DNA of 64,000 nucleotides, taken from contig CAWKKS010000002.1 in the NCBI GenBank assembly GCA_963850385.1, forward strand, positions 124,578 to 188,577, read 5' to 3'. Positions 19,246-29,493 of the stretch are shown piece after piece. This DNA is from Candidatus Dormiibacterota bacterium. Its GTDB lineage: Bacteria; Chloroflexota; Dormibacteria; Aeolococcales; Aeolococcaceae. The translations under genes were made by a program, and so were the position numbers. Below the pieces are notes generated by a model. That model was not told the DNA's origin, searched no databases, and saw nothing but the letters and a program-made list of their open reading frames with translations. The stretch's first letter is position 1. Each line of letters begins with the position of its first letter.

Positions 19246-20159
19246 GAGCTCACCGTGGTCGCGGCCACCGCGGCCTCGCCGAGCAGGACGATCTCGCGCT
19301 CGAGCACCACCTGGAAGCGCGACGCCACCTCGTCGCGAGCTCGATTGACGAGCACGAGCACGTCGGCGGCCGTCGCGGCGTCGACGTTGAGGATGAAGTT
19401 GGCGTGCTTGGGCGATATCTGTGCACCCCCATGACGGAGACCGGCCAGGCCGGCCGCCTCGATGAGCCTGCCGGCGAAGTCCCCCGGGGGGTTCTTGAAC
19501 GTGCTCCCCAGGCTGCGCACACCATAGGGCTGCGTGCGCTTGCGCTCTGACTGCACGGCGGCGGTGCGCGCACGGACCGCCGACGAGTCATCGCGAGTGA
19601 CCGCGAAGCGTCCCCGGGTCACCACGTGGCCGGGGGCTTGCTTGAAGGACGAATCGCGGTAGGCGAATGCGCACTCGGCAGCGGCCATCCAGCGCACACC
19701 TCCGTCGGGCGCGACGACCTCGCACTCGACGAGGCTGCCGGCGACGTCGGCGCCGAATGCGCCCGCGTTGCCCCAGATCGAGGCGCCACAGCTGCCCGGG
19801 ACACCGATCCCCCACTCCATCCCGGACCAGCCCTGCGCGGCGAGGTCGAGCGCGGCGCGGGGCAGCATCGCCCCCGCGTTCAGCGTGGCAACCCCGTCGC
19901 CGACTTCGAGATGTTTGCTGGTCAACTTCACGACCAACCCACGCACCCCGCCGTCCTGGATGAGCGCGTTGCTGCCGGCCCCGAGCACGGTGAGCGGCAG
20001 CCGCGATTGCGCGCAGCGCTCCACCAGCTCGCCAACGAGCCCGAGGTCCTCGATGCGCAGGAAGAGGTCGGCGGGGCCGCCGATGCCGAACTGGCTGTGT
20101 CGCGCCAGCGGCTCGTCCCGCCGCAGCCCGGGCCACGCGGTCACCCACTCAGCGGACAC
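19242..20159 (-). CDS. murB: UDP-N-acetylmuramate dehydrogenase
   Basis: FGIGGPAD, LGAGSNAL, GVPGSCGASIWGNAGA, YRDS, GSTFKNP, HANFI. Confidence 0.96.
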   Translation of the reverse strand: MSAEWVTAWPGLRRDEPLARHSQFGIGGPADLFLRIEDLGLVGELVERCAQSRLPLTVLGAGSNALIQDGGVRGLVVKLTSKHLEVGDGVATLNAGAMLPRAALDLAAQGWSGMEWGIGVPGSCGASIWGNAGAFGADVAGSLVECEVVAPDGGVRWMAAAECAFAYRDSSFKQAPGHVVTRGRFAVTRDDSSAVRARTAAVQSERKRTQPYGVRSLGSTFKNPPGDFAGRLIEAAGLAGLRHGGAQISPKHANFILNVDAATAADVLVLVNRARDEVASRFQVVLEREIVLLGEAAVAATTVSS

Positions 20160-21546
20160 GAACGGGCTCCAGCGCGGCCACGAGGCGAAGGGCGAGCTTG
20201 TCGAATCCGCCCAGCGACAGCACCAGGACGACGTCCCCGGGCCGCGCGTCGCGGGTGAGCAGGGTGATGGCGTCGGTCGACGAGGCCACCACCTTGACCG
20301 GGATGCCGTCGACCTGCGCGGCGACGTCCTCGCTGCTCACTGTGGCGGCGGAGCCGCGCTCGCGCGCCTCCTCGATGGGGCCGAGCACGACGACGTCGGC
20401 GCCGGTGAAGCTGTGGCTGTACTCACCGAGCAGCGTGCGCGTCCGCGAGTAGGTGTGCGGCGTGTGGACGGCGACGATGCGCTGCCCGGGATAGCGCCGG
20501 CGCGCGGCGGCGATGGTGGCCTCGACCTCGGTGGGATGGTGCGCGTAGTCGTCGACGACGGTGACACCCTGAACCTCGCCGAGCACCTCGAATCGTCGTG
20601 CCGGTCCCCGGAAGGTGGCGCAGGCGGCGATGCAATCGTCCAGCGGCGCGCCCGCGTCGACGGCAAGGGCCAGCGCGGCGGTCGCGTTGAGGGCGTTGTG
20701 CGCGCCCGGGAAGGTCAGCGCCACCTCGTGGGCGGCGGCGGCAGCGTTGACGCTGAAACGCTGCACACCCATGGCATCGTCGCCGAGCCGCACGCGCCAG
20801 TCGGCACCGGCCGCGCACCCGTACGTCGTCACCCGACAGCTCGCCTGGCCGGCAAGGGCGGCACACTCGGGGTCATCGGCACAGAGCACCAGCAGGCCTC
20901 CGGCAGGCATCGAGCGCGCCAGCTCGACGAACGGTGCGCGGTACGCGTCGAGCGTCGGGTACACGTCGGGATGGTCGAGCTCGAGCCTGGTCACGCAGGC
21001 GGCGACCGGGTGGATGTGCAGGAACTTGGGGCGTGGGTCCCACGGCGCCGTCGTGTACTCGTCGCCCTCGAACACGAAGGGGCCGGTGCCCAGCCGGGCG
21101 GTTCCGCCGAGGTCGAGCGACGTCGCTCCCAGCCGATAGCCCGGGTCCATTCCGCACGCCGCGAGCATGTGTGCGAGCAGCGCCGACGTGGTCGTCTTCC
21201 CGTGGGTGCCACAGACGGCGATGCGGGAGCGGTCGGCGGTGAGGCGCGTGTAGAACTCGATCTCGCTGCTTGTGGGCAGCCCGCGGTCGCGCGCCGCCTG
21301 CCATTCCGGGTTGGTCACGCGGGTCTGGTTGCCAACCACCACCAGGTCGGGAACTCCCCAGCGCTCGAGGTTGGCCGGGTCGCTGCCGTCGACCCAGTCG
21401 ATGCCGGCCGCGGTGAGGATGTCGGAGATCGGTGGGTATGCCTGGTCATCCGAGCCGGACACCCGCCAACCCTGCTCGCGGGCCACCAACGCCGCGCCGC
21501 TGACCGCGTAGCCACAGATGCCGAGGAAGTGCACGTGGTCGCTCAC
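20149..21546 (-). CDS. murC: UDP-MurNAc ligase in the murC position (Mpl-like N-terminal/central domains, MurC-like C-terminal domain)
   Basis: HFLGICG, GTHGKTTT, EGDEY..KFLH, DDYAHHPTE, PHTYSRT. Confidence 0.8.
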   Translation of the reverse strand: MSDHVHFLGICGYAVSGAALVAREQGWRVSGSDDQAYPPISDILTAAGIDWVDGSDPANLERWGVPDLVVVGNQTRVTNPEWQAARDRGLPTSSEIEFYTRLTADRSRIAVCGTHGKTTTSALLAHMLAACGMDPGYRLGATSLDLGGTARLGTGPFVFEGDEYTTAPWDPRPKFLHIHPVAACVTRLELDHPDVYPTLDAYRAPFVELARSMPAGGLLVLCADDPECAALAGQASCRVTTYGCAAGADWRVRLGDDAMGVQRFSVNAAAAAHEVALTFPGAHNALNATAALALAVDAGAPLDDCIAACATFRGPARRFEVLGEVQGVTVVDDYAHHPTEVEATIAAARRRYPGQRIVAVHTPHTYSRTRTLLGEYSHSFTGADVVVLGPIEEARERGSAATVSSEDVAAQVDGIPVKVVASSTDAITLLTRDARPGDVVLVLSLGGFDKLALRLVAALEPVRVR

Positions 21547-22646
21547 GCGCGAATTCTCGCCCGCGAAGTCGCCAGCCGGCTGAGCAGCTCGACGACGCGC
21601 GCCGCGGCGTCGCGGCGCCCCAGCCTGCCGCTGGCTTCCGCCATCGTCAGCCAGGTGTGCGGGTCGTCGATCAGCGAACCGAGCTCGCCGGCCACCCGGT
21701 CCTGGTCGCACTCCTCGTCGGGGATGAGCCGGGCGGCCCCGGCCTCCACGTAGGGGGCGGCGTTGAAGCGCTGGTGGTCACCGGCGTACTGGTAGGGCAC
21801 CAGGATCATGGGGCGGCCCAGCGCGGCGCATTCGGCAAGCGAGGAGCCGCCGGCCCGCATCAGCACGAGGTCCGATGCGACGATGGCGGCGCCGACCTCG
21901 CGGATGAACGGTGCCAGCACCCAGCGCTCGCGCAACACCTCGGGCAAGCGAGACGCCGCCTCGGCCATCTCCGCCTCGTCGAGCACGCCCGTCTGGTGGG
22001 TGATGCGCAGCCGCGGGTACCGGCTGAGCAGCGTCGCCACGGAGCCGGCCACGGCCCGGTTGATCCGTCGCGCCCCCTGCGATCCGCCCATGACCAGCAC
22101 GCGTTCGCAGCGATCGCCCAGGGACCGCAACGGGGTGGCCAGCACCTCGGCGCGGATCGGGTTGCCGGTGTCGACGACGCGCGCGGCGGGCAGGTCGGCG
22201 GCGGTCTGCGCGAATGCCGCCGCGACCAGGGTGCCCCGGCGGGCCAGCAGGCGGGTGGCCCGACCGGGGACCGCGTTCTGCTCGAGCAGCGCGACGGGGA
22301 CGCGCAGGGAACGCGCCGCCAGCACCACCGGCACGCTGACGTAGCCGGCGCCCCCGACCACGACGTCGGCGCCGAACTCGCGGATGATCCGCCGCGCCGC
22401 CCGGATGGCCGCGGGCAGGAGCACGGCAAACCGGGCCACGCTCGCCGCGTTGCCGACGTCCAGCCCGGAGATTCGCAGCGTCTCCAGGCGGAACCCGGCG
22501 GCGGTCACCAGGCCCTCGGCGACGCCGCCATCGCGCCCCACGATGAGTACCTCACCGGATGGATCAGAGCGGCGCAGCTCCTGCGCCGTGGCCAGGACCG
22601 GCGTCAGGTGCCCACCCGTCCCGCCGCCGGCGATCAACGTGCGCAC
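21543..22646 (-). CDS. murG: Lipid II GlcNAc transferase MurG
   Basis: GGGTGGHLTP, GGYVS, LEQNAVPG, TGNPIR, GGSQGA, RAGGSS. Confidence 0.96.
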   Translation of the reverse strand: MRTLIAGGGTGGHLTPVLATAQELRRSDPSGEVLIVGRDGGVAEGLVTAAGFRLETLRISGLDVGNAASVARFAVLLPAAIRAARRIIREFGADVVVGGAGYVSVPVVLAARSLRVPVALLEQNAVPGRATRLLARRGTLVAAAFAQTAADLPAARVVDTGNPIRAEVLATPLRSLGDRCERVLVMGGSQGARRINRAVAGSVATLLSRYPRLRITHQTGVLDEAEMAEAASRLPEVLRERWVLAPFIREVGAAIVASDLVLMRAGGSSLAECAALGRPMILVPYQYAGDHQRFNAAPYVEAGAARLIPDEECDQDRVAGELGSLIDDPHTWLTMAEASGRLGRRDAAARVVELLSRLATSRARIRA

Positions 22647-23823
22647 GAACCGATACCCCCTGCCGGCGACCCTGAGCCGACACGTTGCAGAGAATGCCCA
22701 CCCCGGCCAGGGTCATCATCAGCGACGTGTTCCCATAGCTCACGAACGGCAGTGGGATGCCCGTCGTGGGGATGACCCCGGTGACCGCGCCGATGTTGAC
22801 AAAGGCCTGGATCCCGATCCACGCAGTGATACCTCCGGCGAGAAGCGCCCCGTAGGCGTCCGGCGCTCGCAGGGACGCGCGCACTCCTCGCCACAGCAGG
22901 AGTGTGAACGCCAGGATCACCGAGACGGTTCCCACCAGCCCGAGCTCCTCGCCGATGATCGCGAAGATGAAGTCGGTGTGTGCCTCGGGAAGCCACTGGT
23001 ATTTCTGCACCGAGTTGCCGAGGCCGACGCCCCCCAGGCCCCCGCTGCCGAGCGCGTAGAGCGCCTGGCAGGCCTGGAAGCCGGTGTTCAGGGGGTCGTC
23101 GCAGGGATGCGTGAAGGTGCTGAGCCGGCTCGAGCGGTAGGCCACCAACATGACCAGCAGGTAGCCCCCCACCATGACCACGCCGAGCAGGACGAGCATG
23201 TGGCGCTTGCGCACGCCGGCCAGCGCCAGCAGGACCAGCGCGGTGCCCGCGATGATGATGCTGCTGCCCAGGTCGCGCTCGAGGAGCACCAGGCTGATCA
23301 GAACGCCGACGAGCAGGCCGTAGTCGCGCACGCCGTGGACGGTGCGCACCGCGGGAGCGCGATCGACCAGCCACCTGGAGAAGAAGAGCACCGACACGAG
23401 GATGGCGATCGCCGAGGGCTGGACGGAGAGCGGCCCCACGGTGAACCAGCGTCTCGCCCCATTGGTCTCGGTGCCGAAGTGCGGCAGCAGCACGAGGATC
23501 AGCAGCGCGATGAGGCAGAGCGCCAGGACCGGGGCGACCCGGCGAAGGCGGTGGTAGTCGGTGCGGGCCAGGACGACGAGGGCCACCACGCCGATGGCCA
23601 TCCCGATGAGCTGGCGCAGGAAGAAGTAGTTGGCGTTGTCGAACCAGAGGAACCCCAGCGCCTCGCTGGCGCTGTAGACCATCACCAGGCCGAAGGCGCA
23701 CAGCGCGGCGATGTCGGTGAGCAGCCACCCGTCGACGCCGCCCAGGCTCAGGGTGCGCCCGCCCACCAGGGTCTCGCGCAGCCGCATCGCGGGCACGTTG
23801 AGCGGCCGGCTTCGCGCGGCCAT
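22564..23823 (-). CDS. ftsW: Lipid II polymerase FtsW (SEDS family)
   Basis: GLVMVYSAS, NGARRW, QPS, LPEAHTDFIF..IGEELG, LPFVSYG. Confidence 0.95.
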   Translation of the reverse strand: MAARSRPLNVPAMRLRETLVGGRTLSLGGVDGWLLTDIAALCAFGLVMVYSASEALGFLWFDNANYFFLRQLIGMAIGVVALVVLARTDYHRLRRVAPVLALCLIALLILVLLPHFGTETNGARRWFTVGPLSVQPSAIAILVSVLFFSRWLVDRAPAVRTVHGVRDYGLLVGVLISLVLLERDLGSSIIIAGTALVLLALAGVRKRHMLVLLGVVMVGGYLLVMLVAYRSSRLSTFTHPCDDPLNTGFQACQALYALGSGGLGGVGLGNSVQKYQWLPEAHTDFIFAIIGEELGLVGTVSVILAFTLLLWRGVRASLRAPDAYGALLAGGITAWIGIQAFVNIGAVTGVIPTTGIPLPFVSYGNTSLMMTLAGVGILCNVSAQGRRQGVSVRAHVDRRRRDGWAPDAGPGHGAGAAPL

Positions 23824-25175
23824 CAGTCCGTCCTCCGCGCTGCCATGGCGCGCACCGTCCTGGTGAACACCTCGCCCCGCTCCTCGAAGTCGCGGAACTG
23901 GTCGAAGCTCGAGTAGCCGGGAGCGAGCAGAACGACGTCGCCGGGTCGGGCCACCTCGGCGGCGAGCGCAATCGCCGCCGACTGGTCGGCGACCACGGCG
24001 CGCCCCGCATAGCCGAGCTCGGCGAGCGCACTGTCGAGCTCGGCGGCGGTGTCGCCGTTGAGGATGGCGAAGCGGGCGTGCCGCGCCACCGCCCTGGCCA
24101 GCTCCGCCGGCGCCACACTCTTGCTCTGGCCGCCGCCGATCCACACCAGGGGTCGGTCGAAGGACTCCAGGGCCCGCGTCGCAGCCTCGACGTTGGTCGC
24201 CTTGCTGTCGTTGATCCACAGCACCCCGTCGACCTCGCCGACGACCTCGAGTCGATGAGGGACCGCCGTGAAATCGCGCACCGCGGCGGCGATGTCGGCG
24301 TGATCGACTCCCGCGGCGCGGCCGAGCACCGTGGCGGCGAGCACGTTGAGGACGTTGTGCGCGCCAAAGAGCGGGATGTCGGCGACCGGCATCACCGGGC
24401 GCAGGTCGCCCCCCTCGACGGTGACCACGACGCCGTCGCTCACCGTGGCGCCGTCCGCGTCGAGCATCCCGGCACCGAAGTAGCGCACCGGCGCCGAGCT
24501 CGCCGCCGCCATCGCGCGTGTGACCGGGTCATCCCAGCCGAGCACCGTCCACGAGACCGCGTGCTCGACGATGCTCCGCTTGGCTGCGGTGTACGCAGCC
24601 AGGCTGCCATGCCGGTCGAGGTGGTCGGGGGTGACGTTGAGGACGGCCGCGATCTCGCACCGTGGCTCGTCGACCGACTCGAGCTGGAAGGATGAGAGCT
24701 CGAGCACAACCCAGTCGCCGCGCGCGACGTCGTCCAGTCGATCGAGCATCGGCTGGCCGATGTTGCCGCCGAGGTGGACGCGCCGCCCGTCACGCGCCAT
24801 CACCGCCGCACAGAGGCTGGTGGTGGTGGTCTTGCCGTTGGTGCCGGTGATGCCGACGATGCGACCGCGACAGCGCTCGAAGACCAGCGACATCTCGCTC
24901 CGCACCGGGATCCCCAGCGTGCGGGCGAGCTCCAGCTCGGGGGCCGTCCAGGGCACCCCCGGTGACGGACAGACGAGCACGGCGCCACGGACGACGTCGG
25001 TCTGGTACCCGCCCAGCTCGACGGTGACCCCCGCGGGCGCCTGCGTCGCCAGCTCGCGGCGCCTCTGGTCGTCGGCGTGGTCGACGATGACCACGTCGTA
25101 GCCCTCGCCGCCGAGCACGCGCGCACAGGCCAGGCCGCTTCGCCCCAGGCCGATGACCACGGCGCGGCCGCTCAT
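23823..25175 (-). CDS. murD: UDP-MurNAc-L-Ala--D-Glu ligase
   Basis: GITGTNGKTTT, GGNIG, LELSSFQL, DHLDRH, NDSKATN, SFDQF. Confidence 0.96.
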   Translation of the reverse strand: MSGRAVVIGLGRSGLACARVLGGEGYDVVIVDHADDQRRRELATQAPAGVTVELGGYQTDVVRGAVLVCPSPGVPWTAPELELARTLGIPVRSEMSLVFERCRGRIVGITGTNGKTTTTSLCAAVMARDGRRVHLGGNIGQPMLDRLDDVARGDWVVLELSSFQLESVDEPRCEIAAVLNVTPDHLDRHGSLAAYTAAKRSIVEHAVSWTVLGWDDPVTRAMAAASSAPVRYFGAGMLDADGATVSDGVVVTVEGGDLRPVMPVADIPLFGAHNVLNVLAATVLGRAAGVDHADIAAAVRDFTAVPHRLEVVGEVDGVLWINDSKATNVEAATRALESFDRPLVWIGGGQSKSVAPAELARAVARHARFAILNGDTAAELDSALAELGYAGRAVVADQSAAIALAAEVARPGDVVLLAPGYSSFDQFRDFEERGEVFTRTVRAMAARRTD

Positions 25176-26149
25176 GCCACCGCGCCGCGCGACCGCGCGT
25201 AGAGCACGGTCAGCAACGTGCCCGCGGCCGCCGCAGCCGCGAAGCACGCCACCAGTCGTCGCTCGCGCAGGCCCAGCTCCTCGAAGTGATGATGCAACGG
25301 GCTGGCGCGCAGCAGACGGCGATGGAACCTGCGGATCGCCGTCACGTTGACGATGACACTGAGGGTCTCGGCGACGAACACGATGCCCATGAGAGGCAGC
25401 AGCCAGAGGAGGTGCAGCTCGGCTGACACGGCCACCAGCGCGCAGCCCAGGGCGAGCGAGCCGGTGTCACCCATGAAGATGCGCGCGGGGAACCAGTTGA
25501 ACACAAGGAACGCGCCCAGGCTGCCGACCAGAGCGGCCGTGACGACCACGATGGGAAGCGCGTGTTGATGGATCGCCACCGCGAGCAGACCCGCGAAGAC
25601 GACAGCGCAACAGGTGGCGGCCAGGCCGTCGACACCGTCGGTGAGGTTGACAGCGTTGCTGACAGCCACGACGGCGAGGATGCTCACCACGATGATGCCG
25701 CCGCCGCGGAGGTCGGGGGTGCCGAGCCCCGGGAACGCCTGCCGCGTCGCTCCCGTGACGTCGAGGCCGATGCCGACGAGGACCCCGACGACGCCTTGGA
25801 ACACCAGCTTCTGGTACGCGCCGAGCCCGAACACGCCGCGTCCGCGCACGTTGTCGCGATCGTCGAGAAGCCCGATCAACGCTCCGGCGCTGAGCGCGAA
25901 CACCGCCACGAAACCGGTGCGGGTGCGGTCGAACAGCAGCCACGCCACCGCGGTGATCGCACAGAACAGGATGCCGCCCATCGTCGGGGTGCCCATCTTC
26001 ACCATGTGCGAACGCGGGCTGTACGACTGCACCCGCTGTCCCGCGCCACGCGTGGCCAGCTGCGAGGTCAGCCACGGGTACAGCGCCACTCCCGCGACAA
26101 AGGCCAGAACCCCCACCACCAGCGCATGCCTCACGGCGTGATCCGCCAT
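25172..26149 (-). CDS. mraY: Phospho-N-acetylmuramoyl-pentapeptide transferase
   Basis: GTPTMGG, NAVNLTDGVDGL, IFMGDTGS, PLHHHFE. Confidence 0.96.
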   Translation of the reverse strand: MADHAVRHALVVGVLAFVAGVALYPWLTSQLATRGAGQRVQSYSPRSHMVKMGTPTMGGILFCAITAVAWLLFDRTRTGFVAVFALSAGALIGLLDDRDNVRGRGVFGLGAYQKLVFQGVVGVLVGIGLDVTGATRQAFPGLGTPDLRGGGIIVVSILAVVAVSNAVNLTDGVDGLAATCCAVVFAGLLAVAIHQHALPIVVVTAALVGSLGAFLVFNWFPARIFMGDTGSLALGCALVAVSAELHLLWLLPLMGIVFVAETLSVIVNVTAIRRFHRRLLRASPLHHHFEELGLRERRLVACFAAAAAAGTLLTVLYARSRGAVA

Positions 26150-27894
26150 TGATCGATGGCCACCTGCGCGACCTGCTTCCAGACCGGCGCGGCCAGCGTC
26201 GAGCCGAAGCGGACGATGCCGGTCTCGTGCGGGTAGTTGAGCACGACCAACATGGTGAACTGCGGGTTCTTGGCCGGCAGGAAGCCGGCAAAGGAAACGA
26301 CCACGTCGCCGCCATAATGGCCATTGGTCGCCACGCTGGCGGTGCCCGTCTTCCCTGCCACCTCGCCCTTGAAGCCCGGGATCTTCGCCAGCGACCCCTC
26401 ACCCCCACGGTCGTCGACGACGCCCGTCATCATCTGGGCCAGCGTCGCGGCCGCGGAGGTGGAGATGACCCGCCTGGTGGTGGGCACCACCACCGCCGAG
26501 CGCCCGGTGGCCGGGTCGATGACAGCCTGCACGGCGTGCGGCTGCACCCACACCCCACCGTTGGCGACCGCGTTGATTGCAGCGAGAACCTCGACCGGGG
26601 TCACCTGGACGCGCTGTCCGAACGCGGCCTCGGCGAGGTCGAGCGAGCTGAGCCGGCTCTGCGGCGGAAGTGGTGCGTTCTGCTCGCCGAACAGGTCGAT
26701 GCCCGTCGGAGCCCCGATCCCGAACGCCAGGAGGTTGCTGTAGAAGGAGTTCGCACCCATCAGCTGACCGACCTTGATGGCGCCGTTGTTGAGCGACTCG
26801 TCGAGGACGGTCTGCATGGTGATCCTGCCGTGCGCGCGCCCGTCCCAGTCACGGATGGTGGCGCCGTCGATCGTCGTCGGCCCCTCGACGAAGCTGTACC
26901 CCGGGGTGATCGCGTTGTCGTTCAGCCCACCGGCGAAGGTGACCACCTTTTCAACCGAACCGGGCTCGTACACGTTGGCCACGGCGAGGTCGCGAAAGTT
27001 GGCCACCGGCGAGCTCCAGTACGAGTTCGCGTTGTAGGTCGGCGCCTGTGCCCACGCCTTGATCAGACCGGTCTTGGTGTCCATCATGATCAGCGTTCCC
27101 GACGATGCCTGGGCAGTCGCCACGCCCTGCGCGATCGCCTGCTCGGCCCAGTACTGCACCTCGGAGTCGAGTCCCAGCTGCAGGTCGTCACCGTTGTGCG
27201 CTGCCGACTGCGGGTCGTTGCTCAGCGTGATCGAGTTGCCGGCCACGTCGCGCACGGTCGACTGGTGGCCGTCGGAGCCGCGCAGCACGGCGTCGTAGTG
27301 CCCCTCCAGCCCGTACTGGCCGCTGCCGTCGTGGTCGACGTACCCGAGCAGGTTGGCCGCGAACGACGCGCCTGTCACCGGCGACGGCTCATACACGCGC
27401 TGCTCGGCGGGGACGACCACGATGCCGGGCAGCTCGAGTGCGGTGAGGTTGTCGCTCACCCGCTGGGACACTGCCTTGGCCAGGTAGACGAACCGGGTCG
27501 GCTCGGAGATGAGCGAGCCGACAGCCGTTGCGTCCTGGGAGAGGATCGGCGCCAGCTCACGCGCGACGCTCTGACGCGTGGACACCGGGATCAACCCGGG
27601 GTCGGCGTACACGTCGTACACGGTGCGGTTGCTCACCAGCACGCGGCCGTTGCTGTCGAGGATCCGGCCACGGGTGGCCGCGACGGTCACCGACTTCTGG
27701 TGCAGGGCGGCGGCTCGTGCCGCGAGGGTTGTGTGCTGCAACACCTGGATGTCGACGAGACGGGCCGAGAGCGTGATCGCCATGGCCACGAACGCGAACG
27801 CCAGCCAGGCACCGCGATGGCGGAAGTCCGGCGAGTCGGCGACGAACCAGCCCCGCACCCGCGGCGTGCTGTCCGGCTGACGGCGCCGGCTCAC
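26131..27894 (-). CDS. ftsI: Class B penicillin-binding protein FtsI/PBP2b
   Basis: RGRILD, YEPGSVEK (SxxK), SLNNG, KTGTA. Confidence 0.93.
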   Translation of the reverse strand: MSRRRQPDSTPRVRGWFVADSPDFRHRGAWLAFAFVAMAITLSARLVDIQVLQHTTLAARAAALHQKSVTVAATRGRILDSNGRVLVSNRTVYDVYADPGLIPVSTRQSVARELAPILSQDATAVGSLISEPTRFVYLAKAVSQRVSDNLTALELPGIVVVPAEQRVYEPSPVTGASFAANLLGYVDHDGSGQYGLEGHYDAVLRGSDGHQSTVRDVAGNSITLSNDPQSAAHNGDDLQLGLDSEVQYWAEQAIAQGVATAQASSGTLIMMDTKTGLIKAWAQAPTYNANSYWSSPVANFRDLAVANVYEPGSVEKVVTFAGGLNDNAITPGYSFVEGPTTIDGATIRDWDGRAHGRITMQTVLDESLNNGAIKVGQLMGANSFYSNLLAFGIGAPTGIDLFGEQNAPLPPQSRLSSLDLAEAAFGQRVQVTPVEVLAAINAVANGGVWVQPHAVQAVIDPATGRSAVVVPTTRRVISTSAAATLAQMMTGVVDDRGGEGSLAKIPGFKGEVAGKTGTASVATNGHYGGDVVVSFAGFLPAKNPQFTMLVVLNYPHETGIVRFGSTLAAPVWKQVAQVAIDQWRITP

Positions 27895-28379
27895 GGCGCG
27901 GCGCCCTGCGCCGCATGGACACCGAAGGCGCCACCGACGGCCGCCACGAACTGCTGAAGGGGGTCGGCGGAGCCGCCCTGCGACGCCAGCAGCGGAGCCG
28001 GCACATCGACCACCGGCTTGAGCTGCGCGTCCACGTACGACCAGTGGCCGGCCGGGCGCATCCCCAGCCGCTGTGCCGCTGCGACCACGCGTTCCGCGCT
28101 CTCCAGGCGTGCGAGGTCATCACCGAGCTGCGAGGCGTGGGTGCGCAGCTGCAGGTTCTGCTGCGCCAGCGCGGTGGCCTGGTAGGTGGCCTGCGTGGAG
28201 TGCGCGGTCTGGCTGACGTAGGCCACCCCCACGCCGGCCAGCGCCGCGATCAGCGGGAGCAGGGGCAGGGGGGTGCGCGGCCCGCCGCGGCGCAGGCGGG
28301 TACGACGGGAGGGTGTCTCGTCGAGCGGGACGCCGGCGAGGTCGTCGGCGGGGAGGGAGGGATGTTGGGTTCTGGGCAC
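27891..28379 (-). CDS. ftsL: FtsL-like cell division protein (TM helix plus coiled coil)
   Basis: Position between rsmH and ftsI; GGAG SD; ends in AERVVAAAQRLGM-type motif. Confidence 0.65.
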   Translation of the reverse strand: MPRTQHPSLPADDLAGVPLDETPSRRTRLRRGGPRTPLPLLPLIAALAGVGVAYVSQTAHSTQATYQATALAQQNLQLRTHASQLGDDLARLESAERVVAAAQRLGMRPAGHWSYVDAQLKPVVDVPAPLLASQGGSADPLQQFVAAVGGAFGVHAAQGAAP

Positions 28380-28446
28380 AGCCCGGGTCTCCGTGTGAGT
28401 TGGGACGTGAGCGGGAACGGGAACGGGACGGCTGCGGTGACGCGCC

Positions 28447-29454
28447 TTAGTGCTGCGCGTCGAGCTTCTCGGCGACACGCAGCCGGGCGGAGCGGGCTCG
28501 CGTGTTGCTGGCGAGCTCAGCGGCGTCGGGCTTGATCGCCTTGCGGCTGAGGAGGAGGAGAGAGGCCCGGTGAGCGCAGGTGCAGTGAGTCTGTTGGGGC
28601 GGACATAGACAGTTCTGTGCTGAGACGTGGAGTGCGTTCTTGACAATGGTGTCCTCAAGAGAGTGGAAGGAGACAACCCCAAGACGCCCACCGGGCCGGA
28701 GGATTCGTATTGCTGCCTGCAGTCCCCTGGTGAGGCTCTCCAACTCGTGGTTCACCTCGATGCGGAGTGCCTGGAAGGTGCGGGTGGCGGGGTGGATCCG
28801 CTTCGGCCAGAAACGCCGCGGGATCGTCCGTTCAACCACCTCGCGCAGCTCGACCGTCGTGGTGATCGCGGCGTTGGCGCGGCTGCGCACGATCGACGAC
28901 GCGATCGACGCCGCGAAGCGCTCCTCACCGTAGGTCCGGATGAGTGCCGTGAGGTCCTCAACCGACCACCCGTTGACGATGTCGGCCGCCGTGAGGTCGG
29001 CGCCTGTGTCCATGCGCATGTCGAGCGGACCGTCGGCGCGGAAGCTGAATCCCCGCCTGGGGTCATCGAGCTGGAGCGAGGAGATGCCCAGGTCGAGCAC
29101 GACCCCGTCGGCCGTGCCGATGCCTCGCTGCGCCGCGATGGCCTCCATGTCCGCGAAGTCGCCCTGCGCCACCACGACCGTGGCCGCATCGTCTGCGAAC
29201 CGCCGCCGCGCTGCCGCCACCGCCGCGGGATCGCGGTCGATGGCCAGGATTGTCCCGCCGGGACGAACGCGTTCGAGGAACGCTGCGACGTAGCCCCCGG
29301 CACCGAGTGTGCCGTCGACGTACGTGCGCCCCGGCCGGGGCTGCAAGCTCTCTATTAGGGGGTGTAGAAGGACCGGCCGGTGTCCAGGCGCTTCAGGCGC
29401 CGGACCACTGGGCGTGGCGGTGCTGTCGTCGTCCATGCCGGCCACGATCGACAT
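28447..29454 (-). CDS. rsmH: 16S rRNA m4C1402 methyltransferase
   Basis: HRPVLL, DGTLGAGG, DLGISS, LDMRMD, ATRTFQALRI, FHSLED. Confidence 0.97.
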   Translation of the reverse strand: MSIVAGMDDDSTATPSGPAPEAPGHRPVLLHPLIESLQPRPGRTYVDGTLGAGGYVAAFLERVRPGGTILAIDRDPAAVAAARRRFADDAATVVVAQGDFADMEAIAAQRGIGTADGVVLDLGISSLQLDDPRRGFSFRADGPLDMRMDTGADLTAADIVNGWSVEDLTALIRTYGEERFAASIASSIVRSRANAAITTTVELREVVERTIPRRFWPKRIHPATRTFQALRIEVNHELESLTRGLQAAIRILRPGGRLGVVSFHSLEDTIVKNALHVSAQNCLCPPQQTHCTCAHRASLLLLSRKAIKPDAAELASNTRARSARLRVAEKLDAQH

Positions 29455-29493
29455 GGAAGTCCTCGTCTGCTGTTGTTGTGATTGGGAGAACGG

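Noticed and set aside
28410-28432. Short GGGAAC tandem repeat between rsmH and ftsL
   Set aside because: Two to three low-complexity copies with no functional context
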